The position numbers and the translations under genes are program-made. Below the pieces are notes generated by a model, which saw only the letters and a program-made list of their open reading frames with translations, did not search any database and had not been told where the DNA came from. Of a stretch of DNA of 64,000 bases, positions 1-9,184 are shown in pieces. Every line of letters begins with the position of its first letter. Position 1 is the stretch's first letter. The stretch is from a virus (taxonomy: Duplodnaviria; Caudoviricetes): positions 64,001-128,000 of IMG/VR virus record IMGVR_UViG_3300028624_000004; one strand, 5' to 3'.

Positions 1-247
1 GGCAGAAGAGCCATCACTACCTGAGACAGACGAATGTTTGACGTTGTGTAGGGCTTGCTGGGTAACAGACTGTGGCGATACGTTAGGCGAAAATTGGACA
101 TATTACGCAACTGAAACATGCGATCATCCTGACGGTTATTGTGACGGTCAATATCAGTATGACAGTACGACTTGGTTTACTACACCAGACTGTGCTGGAA
201 TACCAGATTCTAACCCAGGACCAACGACATATTGTTGCATAGAATAA
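1..247 (+). CDS. C-terminal part of a Cys-rich protein (5'-truncated by window edge)
   Basis: Frame is open from position 2 to the TAA at 247. Dense Cys/Trp/Asp/Pro composition resembles the next gene. Confidence 0.7.
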   Translation, partial: AEEPSLPETDECLTLCRACWVTDCGDTLGENWTYYATETCDHPDGYCDGQYQYDSTTWFTTPDCAGIPDSNPGPTTYCCIE

Positions 248-282
248 CTATATAATAACGATATAATAAATAAAAGAAACTT

Positions 283-1914
283 ATGGCACTACGAGGAAGA
301 GGTTATAGAACACGCTACGGCAGTCAAGTTACTGGAACAGATGCTTCCAGTGAGCTTGATAAGCTGTTGAAATCGTATTGCCCTATAGTTTCTTCCGCAG
401 CCAACCAAGTGCCTGGATGCGAACGGAAAGCAATAGTAAAAACCCGCCGAAATGCGATTGAGCAGCCAGGACTACGTTGGCGAACAATTTTAACAAACAA
501 CATCACCGAAACAGAAGAATGTAATATTCCTTATCAGTGTGATGTGAAGTGTTATTGTGTTATTGAGTCGGTTGGGAGGAAGATAAGTTCCTCTTCAAGT
601 TCTTCGAGTAGCTCTTCAAGTTCCTCGTCAAGTTCCTCAAGTTCCTCGTCAAGTTCCTCAAGTTCCTCAAGTTCCTCGTCAAGTTCCTCGTCAAGTAGCT
701 CTTCTAGCTCATCAAGTTCCTCAAGTAGCTCTAGTAGCTCCAGTTCCTCTAGTAGCTCTTCAAGTTCCTCGTCAAGTTCTTCAAGTAGCTCTAGTAGCTC
801 TTCAAGTTCCTCGTCAAGTAGCTCAAGTAGCTCTTCATCAAGTTCTTCGAGTAGCTCTTCTAGCTCGTATGAACCTTCAAGTAGTTCATCTTCTAGCTTT
901 AGCAGTTCCAGTAGCTCAAGTAGCTCAAGTAGCGCACCCACTGGACAATGTGAAGTTGTTATGATAGCAACATGCGTTGACGGAGAGTGGGATGTTCAGT
1001 ACCAAGGTGGTCCTGGCAATGAACATGTTTACTGTGTAGAAGATTGCACGCCATCTGATTGGACAGATGATGGGTTTGGTACTTATATTAAGGTATTGTG
1101 TGGTGATACTTGTTATAATGGCGATGCTGCACCATGTTGGAACCATGAAGACCCCGGTGTTCCAGATGCTCCATGTGGTTCTTCAAGTTCCTCAAGTAGC
1201 TCTTCGAGTTCCTCGTCAAGTAGCTCTTCTAGCTCGTCAAGTTCCTCAAGTAGCTCGTCAAGTAGCTCTAGTAGCTCTTCGAGTTCCTCGTCAAGTAGCT
1301 CTTCTAGCTCGTCAAGTTCCTCGTCAAGTAGCTCTTCTAGCTCGTCAAGTTCCTCCAGTAGCGCATATCTACCAAATTTCTGTAAGACTGTTTGGCAGTC
1401 AGAAAGAGACGGTGGTGTTGAACCGTGTGGGTGGTTTACTCCAACCGCATTGACTTCAGATTGTGTAACTGAATGTACTCCTGAAGCATGGCATGAGACT
1501 TCTGAAACAACATTATCCGGTTATCTGTTAGCAGAAACTACAATATGTGATCCAGCCGATTGTTCGGGAGAAGGTTGTGAGACTATATCAGACCCACCAG
1601 ATCCAAATCTTTCACTTAGCACAGATGGCTTCTTATATAAGGTAACATGGTATGTTGACTGCGGTGGAGTGATCGCCTCACCAGACTACCAGACAAATAT
1701 AGCTTCCTGTGTAGATGATGACGGTTCGTGTGTCCAATCAACCGCATGGTCTGACCCAGTTGGTGACCCGGGGAACGAGATGAGATACTGGACTGATTGT
1801 ATAAACAACTGTGGAATCTATGGATGCTCTAGTGAAGAAATAGAAGTTGTTTATGGTACAGATATTCCAAACTATAATGTACCACCCGACACTACTGATA
1901 TATGCCCACCGTAA
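283..1914 (+). CDS. Cys-rich protein with long poly-Ser tracts, probable virion surface protein
   Basis: 543-aa ORF in which Cys-rich blocks are separated by Ser homopolymers. AATAAATA motif upstream at 265-272. Confidence 0.85.
   Translation: MALRGRGYRTRYGSQVTGTDASSELDKLLKSYCPIVSSAANQVPGCERKAIVKTRRNAIEQPGLRWRTILTNNITETEECNIPYQCDVKCYCVIESVGRKISSSSSSSSSSSSSSSSSSSSSSSSSSSSSSSSSSSSSSSSSSSSSSSSSSSSSSSSSSSSSSSSSSSSSSSSSSSSSSSSSSSSSSSSSSSSSSYEPSSSSSSSFSSSSSSSSSSSAPTGQCEVVMIATCVDGEWDVQYQGGPGNEHVYCVEDCTPSDWTDDGFGTYIKVLCGDTCYNGDAAPCWNHEDPGVPDAPCGSSSSSSSSSSSSSSSSSSSSSSSSSSSSSSSSSSSSSSSSSSSSSSSSSSSSSSSSSSSSSAYLPNFCKTVWQSERDGGVEPCGWFTPTALTSDCVTECTPEAWHETSETTLSGYLLAETTICDPADCSGEGCETISDPPDPNLSLSTDGFLYKVTWYVDCGGVIASPDYQTNIASCVDDDGSCVQSTAWSDPVGDPGNEMRYWTDCINNCGIYGCSSEEIEVVYGTDIPNYNVPPDTTDICPP
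586..867 (+). repeat. Poly-serine tract, about 94 consecutive Ser codons
   Basis: Mixed TCN and AGY codons, all Ser. Confidence 0.9.
1180..1362 (+). repeat. Second poly-serine tract, about 61 Ser codons
   Basis: Mixed TCN and AGY codons. Confidence 0.9.
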
Positions 1915-1955
1915 TTTCGAATAAATAACATATTTTCTATGTTATAATAGCTCCC

Positions 1956-2243
1956 ATGCTATTGCTCATCATTTACTTCCTCGTGGCTATATCGCTGTCG
2001 CAACTCTGGAGCAACTCTAAAGTATTTTCACCTGTCAGAAGATATATAACAAAAATTCCACTCGTAAGAGACGCTCTCCTGTGCTCTCCTTGTGCCTCTT
2101 TTTGGGTTGCTCTTGGATTTTCGTTTATCTTCAATCCATTAACCATGATACTACCAATACTTATATCAAATATAGCTCTTGCTGTTGTAAATTATGCTAT
2201 ATGCGGTATACTATATAAAAGAAACATTCTAACAGACGACTAA
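1956..2243 (+). CDS. DUF1360-like small membrane protein with CxxC
   Basis: Hydrophobic helices, F-x-P-x-R, and L-C-S-P-C-A-S-F-W-V motif. Confidence 0.65.
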   Translation: MLLLIIYFLVAISLSQLWSNSKVFSPVRRYITKIPLVRDALLCSPCASFWVALGFSFIFNPLTMILPILISNIALAVVNYAICGILYKRNILTDD

Positions 2244-2252
2244 GGAACACAC

Positions 2253-2738
2253 ATGGCAGAACTGACAAAACCAATTGACCTCGTACTTCGTTCCATTCGT
2301 GAGGAACGCGCCTTCAGAGCCGATTTCTCCAAGGCAGCAGACACTATCTTAGACAAAGTATATTCCTACTATACCAACCCAAACTGTACCTGTAAGGGTG
2401 CTATAGTAAACTGGATAAAGGAAAATACAGATACGGTCAATACACTTCTAGAAACCCATAAAGACGCTATAGCTGCTCTTAGCGATGAAGTCACCAAAGC
2501 AAAAGAAATAGCCGCAGAAGCAGCTAAGACCAACCCGCCGCCTCCCCCACGTACTCCAGAAGCCATGCTCAAGAATCCAAAGTCAAAGTTTGGCACTGTC
2601 ATTGACATTGATCGCGATCCGGATGCTTATAAGGCTCTTATTCATAAGGCAATTACGGAGGGATGGGTATATCGTGGCTGCACGGTTGTTCCTGATGTTG
2701 TTGATGGAAAAGCCGTTTGGTCGGTATTCTTCTTCTAA
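2253..2738 (+). CDS. Hypothetical protein (NPNCTC motif)
   Basis: 161-aa ORF with AAGGAA RBS. Confidence 0.8.
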   Translation: MAELTKPIDLVLRSIREERAFRADFSKAADTILDKVYSYYTNPNCTCKGAIVNWIKENTDTVNTLLETHKDAIAALSDEVTKAKEIAAEAAKTNPPPPPRTPEAMLKNPKSKFGTVIDIDRDPDAYKALIHKAITEGWVYRGCTVVPDVVDGKAVWSVFFF

Positions 2739-2747
2739 GGAATATAT

Positions 2748-3002
2748 ATGAAAGACCAGCGATTAACCGTGGAGCAACAGGTTTGGCTTGCTGCCTGGAC
2801 TGCTGCCATTACATCGGGAAAGTACAACCCTGAACAGGAAGCAGAAGCATGTCTAGCTGCTTTTCGTCAAAAGTTTACTCCTATTGTCGGTGGGAGAAAG
2901 CTTAGACTTCTGGAAATCAAACATCAGAATGATGAAAGTGATATAAAAGATAAAGATGTGGAAGAAGCTGAAAATGGCATGAGAGACATTAGTGATAAAT
3001 AG
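2748..3002 (+). CDS. Hypothetical protein
   Basis: ORF with AAGGAA RBS, tightly packed. Confidence 0.7.
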   Translation: MKDQRLTVEQQVWLAAWTAAITSGKYNPEQEAEACLAAFRQKFTPIVGGRKLRLLEIKHQNDESDIKDKDVEEAENGMRDISDK

Positions 3003-3007
3003 TTATT

Positions 3008-3226
3008 ATGGCATGCATAAAACAGCGTACATACATTGACGGCGAATGGGAAATAACTGAAAAGATTATTTTTGTTGTCGGCAACCAGATAAATGAATAC
3101 GGTGGACCAACTGCTGACACTGGTTGGCAATATTCAGTAGATGGAAATACAAAGTATAGAACTTATGTGAGCGGCGAAGCTGTCAACTGCCAGGAAACTG
3201 ATTGTTGCCTGGATGAAATTTCTTAA
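3008..3226 (+). CDS. Small Cys-containing hypothetical protein
   Basis: ORF; GATAAATA lies 6 nt upstream of the ATG. Confidence 0.65.
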   Translation: MACIKQRTYIDGEWEITEKIIFVVGNQINEYGGPTADTGWQYSVDGNTKYRTYVSGEAVNCQETDCCLDEIS

Positions 3227-3287
3227 TTGCTAATATCAGAATCTTGTGATATAATAATCTATAATACCCATAATACGGAGATAATCT

Positions 3288-3773
3288 ATGACTGATGCCA
3301 TTGAAGGAAAGACTGTGACTACTGATTTGGATGCTGGAACGCAAACTGTGTCTGATGTATCGGAAGTTTCCCCACCAAATACTAAAAAAACCAAAAGAAT
3401 TTTGAACCCAGTAACTCTTAAGGTTATTGAACGCTCCATTCAGGAAGTTTTAAGCGACTATGTGAAAGAGTCTAAGCAGTTTACCGCTGACTCCATGCAT
3501 GGGATTCGTGTTAAAGTAACCGAGATGGTCAAGCAGCGTCTTGGAGAAGATGAAATAGAAAATGTTGATATTGGACTTGACTTGGCTAAGGTTCCAGAAA
3601 TTCCATTTTTTTTCAAAGTTAATATTCCAACGTCAAAACAAGCAAATCACTTCATCGAAGTAAACGAAGACGGCTTTGTAGTTCCTACTGAGGAACCTGT
3701 AAGTGTTCCAAGATGCGGCGAAGCTCAAACACCTGAAGAGTTCAAGAAGCTCGTTGAAGGGGACGGGAAGTAA
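3288..3773 (+). CDS. Hypothetical protein
   Basis: GGAG RBS and TGaTATAAT upstream. Confidence 0.75.
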   Translation: MTDAIEGKTVTTDLDAGTQTVSDVSEVSPPNTKKTKRILNPVTLKVIERSIQEVLSDYVKESKQFTADSMHGIRVKVTEMVKQRLGEDEIENVDIGLDLAKVPEIPFFFKVNIPTSKQANHFIEVNEDGFVVPTEEPVSVPRCGEAQTPEEFKKLVEGDGK

Positions 3774-3777
3774 GTGA

Positions 3778-4806
3778 ATGTCCAATAAAGTTTATGTTTA
3801 CGGCTTCCCTGGACTTTATGGTGGTGCTGGAACAGAACTCCATCACCAGATAATCGTCTGGTGTAAGATGGGTATGGATGTCCATATCATTCCAACCAAC
3901 GCGGGCTATAAGAATGAACCTTTGTTTGGTGAAATGGTAGGTCTTGGTGTTACCATCCATGAACATAACAACTTTGAAGTCATTGAAAAAGGCTCGCCAG
4001 TTCTTGGTTTCTGCAACTCAGAGTTTCTTGACAACCTTCCGCAGATTTACCACTACAGCCGCAATCCTGTTTTCGTGAATTGCATGACATGGTTATTTGA
4101 TAAGGAGAAAATGTGGGCAGCAGAAGGGCTAATCAAGGGGTTTCTCTATCAGAACGGCGAGGTTCTCGAAAAGAACATGCCGTTACTGAAAGCATTAAAT
4201 CCGACATCAGACGCCAAGTTCCTTGAGTTCAATCCTTACTTCGAACCTTCCAAGTTTCCGTTCATATCTGATAGGGATGAGAAGACATTTGGCATAGGTC
4301 ACATTAGCCGCCAAGACGCTGATAAGTTCTCCAAAGATACTCTTCATATTTGGGAGTATTGTGTTGCCCCTGTTCCCAAGCGTGGAGTTATTCTTGGGTT
4401 TGACGAGAGAAGTGAAAAGAAGATAGGTAAGCCAATGGATTGGATTAAAACCTATAGCGACCAAAGCAAACTGAGTCAGCAAGATTTCTATAAGCAATGT
4501 GATATCATCTTGCAGCCGACTGACACCACTGAAAACTATCCCAGAGTGGGCTTTGAAGCCATGTCGTCTGGCAGCATCTTGATAGTCGATGATCGCGGCG
4601 GTTGGAGGAAACAAGTGAAGCATGGAGTTACTGGTTGGCTCTGTAAGAACGATAGGGAGTTCATTTATTATGCTTCCAAGATGGCTTTTGAGCCAGAGTT
4701 ACGCAAGCAGATGGCTCTTGATGCGAAGAAGTGGTGTAGCGAGTTGTCGAGCCTGGAGAGTAGCATGAAGAGTTGGGAAAAAGTATTTAAGGAGTTGGTG
4801 AAATGA
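3778..4806 (+). CDS. Glycosyltransferase, GT4/GT-B fold
   Basis: N-terminal YGGAGTE loop; C-terminal E-NYPRVGF-EAMSSG and HGVTGWLC motifs. Confidence 0.85.
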   Translation: MSNKVYVYGFPGLYGGAGTELHHQIIVWCKMGMDVHIIPTNAGYKNEPLFGEMVGLGVTIHEHNNFEVIEKGSPVLGFCNSEFLDNLPQIYHYSRNPVFVNCMTWLFDKEKMWAAEGLIKGFLYQNGEVLEKNMPLLKALNPTSDAKFLEFNPYFEPSKFPFISDRDEKTFGIGHISRQDADKFSKDTLHIWEYCVAPVPKRGVILGFDERSEKKIGKPMDWIKTYSDQSKLSQQDFYKQCDIILQPTDTTENYPRVGFEAMSSGSILIVDDRGGWRKQVKHGVTGWLCKNDREFIYYASKMAFEPELRKQMALDAKKWCSELSSLESSMKSWEKVFKELVK

Positions 4807-5912
4807 TTACTAAAGATTCTCTCCTAAAGATGTATGAAGAAGCATCTAAAAAAGACGACTATAGTTGGAGTACCTATCAGCCACTCAATGTTGCTGGATA
4901 TGAGGCAACCGTTGGGCAGTCTGGAAGAATCTGTAAAGATAGGGCAGATGCTATTATAAAGCATATTAAAGAGAATCTCCCCACAGATTCCACCTTTGTT
5001 GATTGGGGGTGTAATCATGGTTATTTTATATTTGAGTTGGCAAAACATGGCTATATTGCAACAGGATTAGATAGAGAGAAGAAGTATATAGATGTTTGTA
5101 GGTTTGTAAATGAATCGTCTGGTTTAAATCCCAAGCCGAAGTTTTTCTGCGAAGATTTAACGCCATTGTCTATGGAGCAGCATGCCGCTAAAGCTGCTTT
5201 TTGTTTCTCTGTTTTACATCATGTTAAAGATAACAAGATAAAAATATTCGATACGTTCTCTAAGATATATAAAAATGCTTACATAGAGATGGACGGGGCA
5301 AACTATGGTTATGATTATCTGAGAGTATTTTATTGGGATTTACAACTTGTGTGTGAAGCAAATGACGGATATGGAAAAACCACTCGACGGAGAAAGACTT
5401 GGTTTTGCACTAACGAAACTTCCGATGCTGTATATGAAAACATCAAGATGAATAACTGTCTCGCCGGGCGCTCGGTTTTTCTTAAAAAACCTAAAGACGA
5501 TTCGCCCTTTACCGTTGTCAAGCGCGAATCGGTGAAATTCTCTCATACGTGGGTCAAGACCGATTTGAGTTACGAAGCAAGTGTTTATAAGAAATTGCAC
5601 AGTCCTTACATTCCGAAACTCATAACATATGAAGATGAAGATGAAGGTTTACGAAAAATGGAAATAGAATACATAGATAAGGAAACTGATCGGGGGTTTT
5701 CATATATGGAAATTATGGAGTGGCTTAGGAGCAATGGTCTGTTTATAATCGACATAAATGCCGATCAGTTTGTTAAGACCAAGAGCGGATATGTGCTGGT
5801 TGATTTGGAATCTATTGTGCCAACTGACGAAGTAGATGGTAGGTTACGTGGAAAACATTCTGTGAAAACATATGAGGAACAGGTTAAGTATCTTGGGGAT
5901 AGGTTGAAATGA
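4803..5912 (+). CDS. SAM methyltransferase fused to a kinase-like domain (WbdD-like glycan capping enzyme)
   Basis: VDWGCNHGYF SAM motif and FSVLHHV. C-terminal VVK...E...IPKL...EYID...IDINADQF...LVDLES resembles a protein-kinase-like fold. Confidence 0.7.
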   Translation: MITKDSLLKMYEEASKKDDYSWSTYQPLNVAGYEATVGQSGRICKDRADAIIKHIKENLPTDSTFVDWGCNHGYFIFELAKHGYIATGLDREKKYIDVCRFVNESSGLNPKPKFFCEDLTPLSMEQHAAKAAFCFSVLHHVKDNKIKIFDTFSKIYKNAYIEMDGANYGYDYLRVFYWDLQLVCEANDGYGKTTRRRKTWFCTNETSDAVYENIKMNNCLAGRSVFLKKPKDDSPFTVVKRESVKFSHTWVKTDLSYEASVYKKLHSPYIPKLITYEDEDEGLRKMEIEYIDKETDRGFSYMEIMEWLRSNGLFIIDINADQFVKTKSGYVLVDLESIVPTDEVDGRLRGKHSVKTYEEQVKYLGDRLK

Positions 5913-6640
5913 GGGATATTTGGCTCTATTGGGAAAATAAACCGGGTAAAAAAAAGCCAGAGTACCTGAATCTATGTCTCAGAACTATTCAAAAGAACTG
6001 TGGTCTTGGCTTTGATATTCGTGTACTTGATGAGAAGTCGGTTCTTGAGTATCTGCCAAATCTCAGACCAGAAATTGCAAAGTTTCCTTGTCTTGCTCAC
6101 AAGGCGGACTATATTCGAGCATATCTTCTTTACATACATGGCGGCGTTTGGTTTGATAGTGATAGTATATTACTTAAACCCCTTGCTCCTGTGTTTGACG
6201 ATATGGAAAAATCACAAACTGACTTTGTTGGTTGCGGGCGCTCTGGCAACCGCCCATCAATAGGATTTATGGCTGCCAAGAAAGGATGTAAATTACTTGA
6301 TCTATGGATTCGTGATATGGATGTTATCATAAACCATAGTATAGACTACAAGTTCCGTTGGACAGAGATAGGATATGATATTCTCTGGAAACATTCTGCG
6401 TCTTACAGATACAAACACTATGATTTTAAGAAGTGTATTCCATTCTACTCTAAATGGAAGGAAATATTCTTTACAACTGATACTGAATCTAAGAAAAAGT
6501 ATCTTAAGAGGATAACTGAAGATACTTTAATGGTTTATCTTTATAACGCAATGTTTCCAACATCTTTCAAGAATTTGACTGAACAAGAAGTTTTGGCAAG
6601 TAATTTTTTTATTTCTGATTTGCTTAGGAGCAATATATGA
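5909..6640 (+). CDS. GT32 / capsular polysaccharide synthesis-type glycosyltransferase
   Basis: IWLYW...KADYIR...LLYIHGGVWFDSD (DxD) signature. Confidence 0.85.
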   Translation: MRDIWLYWENKPGKKKPEYLNLCLRTIQKNCGLGFDIRVLDEKSVLEYLPNLRPEIAKFPCLAHKADYIRAYLLYIHGGVWFDSDSILLKPLAPVFDDMEKSQTDFVGCGRSGNRPSIGFMAAKKGCKLLDLWIRDMDVIINHSIDYKFRWTEIGYDILWKHSASYRYKHYDFKKCIPFYSKWKEIFFTTDTESKKKYLKRITEDTLMVYLYNAMFPTSFKNLTEQEVLASNFFISDLLRSNI

Positions 6641-7254
6641 CACAATTCATCAATGATCTTACTGATTCTATCGTGACTGGTGAAATCAAGAAGGATATCT
6701 ACAATTTCCGCAAGATGGACCGTTCTAAAATAGACTACTACATTGATCTTGGGGCTAATCATGGTCTTGTATACAACAGTCTCATTCAGAGTGGCTGGAC
6801 CTTCAAGAAGGCGATTCTGTTGGAGCCACTGGAGCATAACTACAACATTCTTAAGCAGAATGTTCCCGTCACTGATGCTGTTTTCCTAAACAAAATGTGT
6901 TTTGGCTCGGATGATACTCCACAGCAGCTTTCTTTTACGAAAAGCAACAGTAGTGGTTCCACACAGTTTGCCTATTACGGTGGTGTTGGTGATAAGATTC
7001 CATCAGCAACACTCAAGATGCTTGTAGATTCCCATGGAATAGACCCTACCAAGCTCCTTTTGAAAGTAGACTGTGAAGGTGCTGAAAAGTACCTACTTGC
7101 GGGTGAGAATCTGGAAGTTGCTAAACAGTGTCCATACATCACCGGTGAGTTTCATACCGGAACGAAAGTTTTTGTTGAGATTCTTCATACACACATGAAG
7201 AAAACTCACTCCCTGTCTTTCAAAGGACTGAGTTTCTTCATTGAGCCACGATAG
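6637..7254 (+). CDS. FkbM-family methyltransferase
   Basis: IDLGANHG, LEP, LLKVDCEGAE and GEFH motifs. Confidence 0.85.
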   Translation: MTQFINDLTDSIVTGEIKKDIYNFRKMDRSKIDYYIDLGANHGLVYNSLIQSGWTFKKAILLEPLEHNYNILKQNVPVTDAVFLNKMCFGSDDTPQQLSFTKSNSSGSTQFAYYGGVGDKIPSATLKMLVDSHGIDPTKLLLKVDCEGAEKYLLAGENLEVAKQCPYITGEFHTGTKVFVEILHTHMKKTHSLSFKGLSFFIEPR

Positions 7255-7878
7255 TTACTTCTTGTCTGCAATCTTGGTGAGCGTCACTTTGCCACCATCG
7301 TTACGGCTACCAACCATGTTTCCAGTCTCGTCAATGGTCATGGTGTGAACCCACCCATTCACACTCAGCAGAATCTTGTCGTCCTCAATCTTCCAAGTGC
7401 CTGGGCGACCACTGATATTACCCTTCTTGTCAAAGACGCATTCAACATTGGTCCAAAGCCACTTTCCTATAATCTTGGACGCCAAATCCTGCTTCTCACC
7501 AAGCAAATCCCCCGCAGGGTCGCTTTCCGCTCGCTTCACAATAACTTCCCCAACTGCCCCTTTCTTCACTTCAAGAATCTTTGCGTCAATCTCTTCAATC
7601 GCCTTCGCCCTTGCCGCAATGTCAAGATTCTTGAACTTCTTCATGTCGTTCAGGTCTTTCTTGGTCGCCTCAAGCCCCGCCAGAATCTTCTTATTAGCCA
7701 CTTCCAGCGCCTTGAGATACTGGGAATACGCCTTGTCGGCTTCCTTCACATTGGCTTCCAGCAACTTCTCGTAGAGCAACTCAGCGTCACTCTTCTTGGG
7801 TGGCTCGGGAGCGCCAGGAGGGTCGGCGGCAAAAGCGACCGACAGGGCGAGCATTGAGAGGGTCAGGGTCTTGAGCAT
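7255..7878 (-). CDS. Secreted coiled-coil/beta protein, probably host-derived
   Basis: Signal peptide (MLKTLTLSMLALSVAFA-AD), AAGGA RBS, TTGCTT/TGaTATAGT promoter. More GC-rich than its neighbours and on the opposite strand. Confidence 0.8.
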   Translation of the reverse strand: MLKTLTLSMLALSVAFAADPPGAPEPPKKSDAELLYEKLLEANVKEADKAYSQYLKALEVANKKILAGLEATKKDLNDMKKFKNLDIAARAKAIEEIDAKILEVKKGAVGEVIVKRAESDPAGDLLGEKQDLASKIIGKWLWTNVECVFDKKGNISGRPGTWKIEDDKILLSVNGWVHTMTIDETGNMVGSRNDGGKVTLTKIADKK

Positions 7879-8003
7879 GGGTATATCCTTTGTTCATGTC
7901 TTTACTATATCAGGCGGCTTATAGAAAGCAACAGGCTTCTTTCAAGCGCCTATAGGTGTATCACACACCTTGACTATTTATGAGTCACCGATAAATACTT
8001 TCC

Positions 8004-8168
8004 ATGTGGCTATGGAACCTTATAAAGAAATTATTCTCTCGTCAAGGAGAGATTAAGTCACCCCCGAGGCGTGAGGTTGGCATTGGGTCATTTTCTCACA
8101 AGATAATCTATAAAGACCCAAGAGTAAAAACCTATAAGACCGGCGATTGGCACGGACCCACTCGTTAA
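8004..8168 (+). CDS. Small 54-aa protein (MWLWNLIKKLFSRQ...), not in ORF track
   Basis: Fills the intergenic gap; ATG is 6 nt after GATAAATA (7990-7997); amphipathic N-terminus. Confidence 0.5.
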   Translation: MWLWNLIKKLFSRQGEIKSPPRREVGIGSFSHKIIYKDPRVKTYKTGDWHGPTR

Positions 8169-8212
8169 GTATTGATTTATTTTCCGTCTCCGTATAATGA
8201 AGGAGCAGGAGA

Positions 8213-9184
8213 ATGAATATGGAAATTAAAATCACACGGGAATATAACTACTCTGACGTTTACTTGGTTCCCAAAAAGTGTATAGTCGATAGTCGATCAG
8301 ATTGCGATACAAGTGTAGTATTTGGTGGAAGACGCTTTGAAGTCCCAGTTATGGCTGCCAATATGCCAGCCGTAGTTAATCAAGACACCTGTAAGTTTTT
8401 TGCTGAGAATAACTGGTTCTACTCAATGCACAGATTTGAGAATATAAACCAAGTGGCGTTTATAGACTTCATGCGTTCCAACGGACATTTTACAAGTATA
8501 TCACTTGGTGTTAATGATGATACCTATAAGCAACTTAAAGAGATTAAAGCAGCGGGACTTGATAAAGAACTTCATTATGCTACAGCAGACGTGGCGCATG
8601 CTCACTCCGATAAGATGGAAAGACTTATTAAGTATTTTAAAGACAACTTCCCAAATACATTCTTAATAGCGGGAAACTATAACACACCAGAAGCATGTAC
8701 ATTTTTGGAAAATGCAGGAGCAGACGCGACACGCTGCGGAATTGCGGGAGGAAAAAGTTGTATAACACGCTTTAAGACAAATTTTTATCGCCCCATGGTA
8801 TCATGTCTACTTGACTGTTGTGCAGTGGCAACCAAGCCAGTTTTAGCAGACGGGGGTATAGAACATCATGGAAATTTTGCGCTTGCTATAGCATGTGGGG
8901 CGACCATGGTTGTAGCAGGAAGTTTGTTCAGTGCTTACGATCAGTCAGCATCCAAGAAAATAGATGTTGATGGTGTTACGAAGTGCCTATACTATGGGAG
9001 TGCAAGTGAGCATAATAAAGCGTCATATACAAGAGTCGAAGGAAAGAAGGTTTTTATGGACTATAAGGGAGACATGAAGAACCTTCTTCGTGAGATAAAA
9101 GAAGACTTGCAATCTTCTATAAGTTATGCGGGTGGAAAGGATTTAAGTGCATTATCAAATTGTAAGATGGTTTCGGTTTCTTGA
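8213..9184 (+). CDS. guaC: GMP reductase
   Basis: YSDVYLVP, SRSDCDT, ANM, MHRF, catalytic GIAGGKSCITR, LADGGI, VEGKK, LQSSISYAGG. Confidence 0.9.
   Translation: MNMEIKITREYNYSDVYLVPKKCIVDSRSDCDTSVVFGGRRFEVPVMAANMPAVVNQDTCKFFAENNWFYSMHRFENINQVAFIDFMRSNGHFTSISLGVNDDTYKQLKEIKAAGLDKELHYATADVAHAHSDKMERLIKYFKDNFPNTFLIAGNYNTPEACTFLENAGADATRCGIAGGKSCITRFKTNFYRPMVSCLLDCCAVATKPVLADGGIEHHGNFALAIACGATMVVAGSLFSAYDQSASKKIDVDGVTKCLYYGSASEHNKASYTRVEGKKVFMDYKGDMKNLLREIKEDLQSSISYAGGKDLSALSNCKMVSVS

Noticed and set aside
552-1453. Glu/Leu-rich minus ORF (552-941) and QVALLAR-repeat ORF (1067-1453)
   Set aside because: Shadow frames of the poly-Ser tracts.
7345-7857. Plus-strand ORFs overlapping 7255-7878
   Set aside because: The minus-strand gene has a signal peptide, RBS and promoter; the plus frames are shadows.
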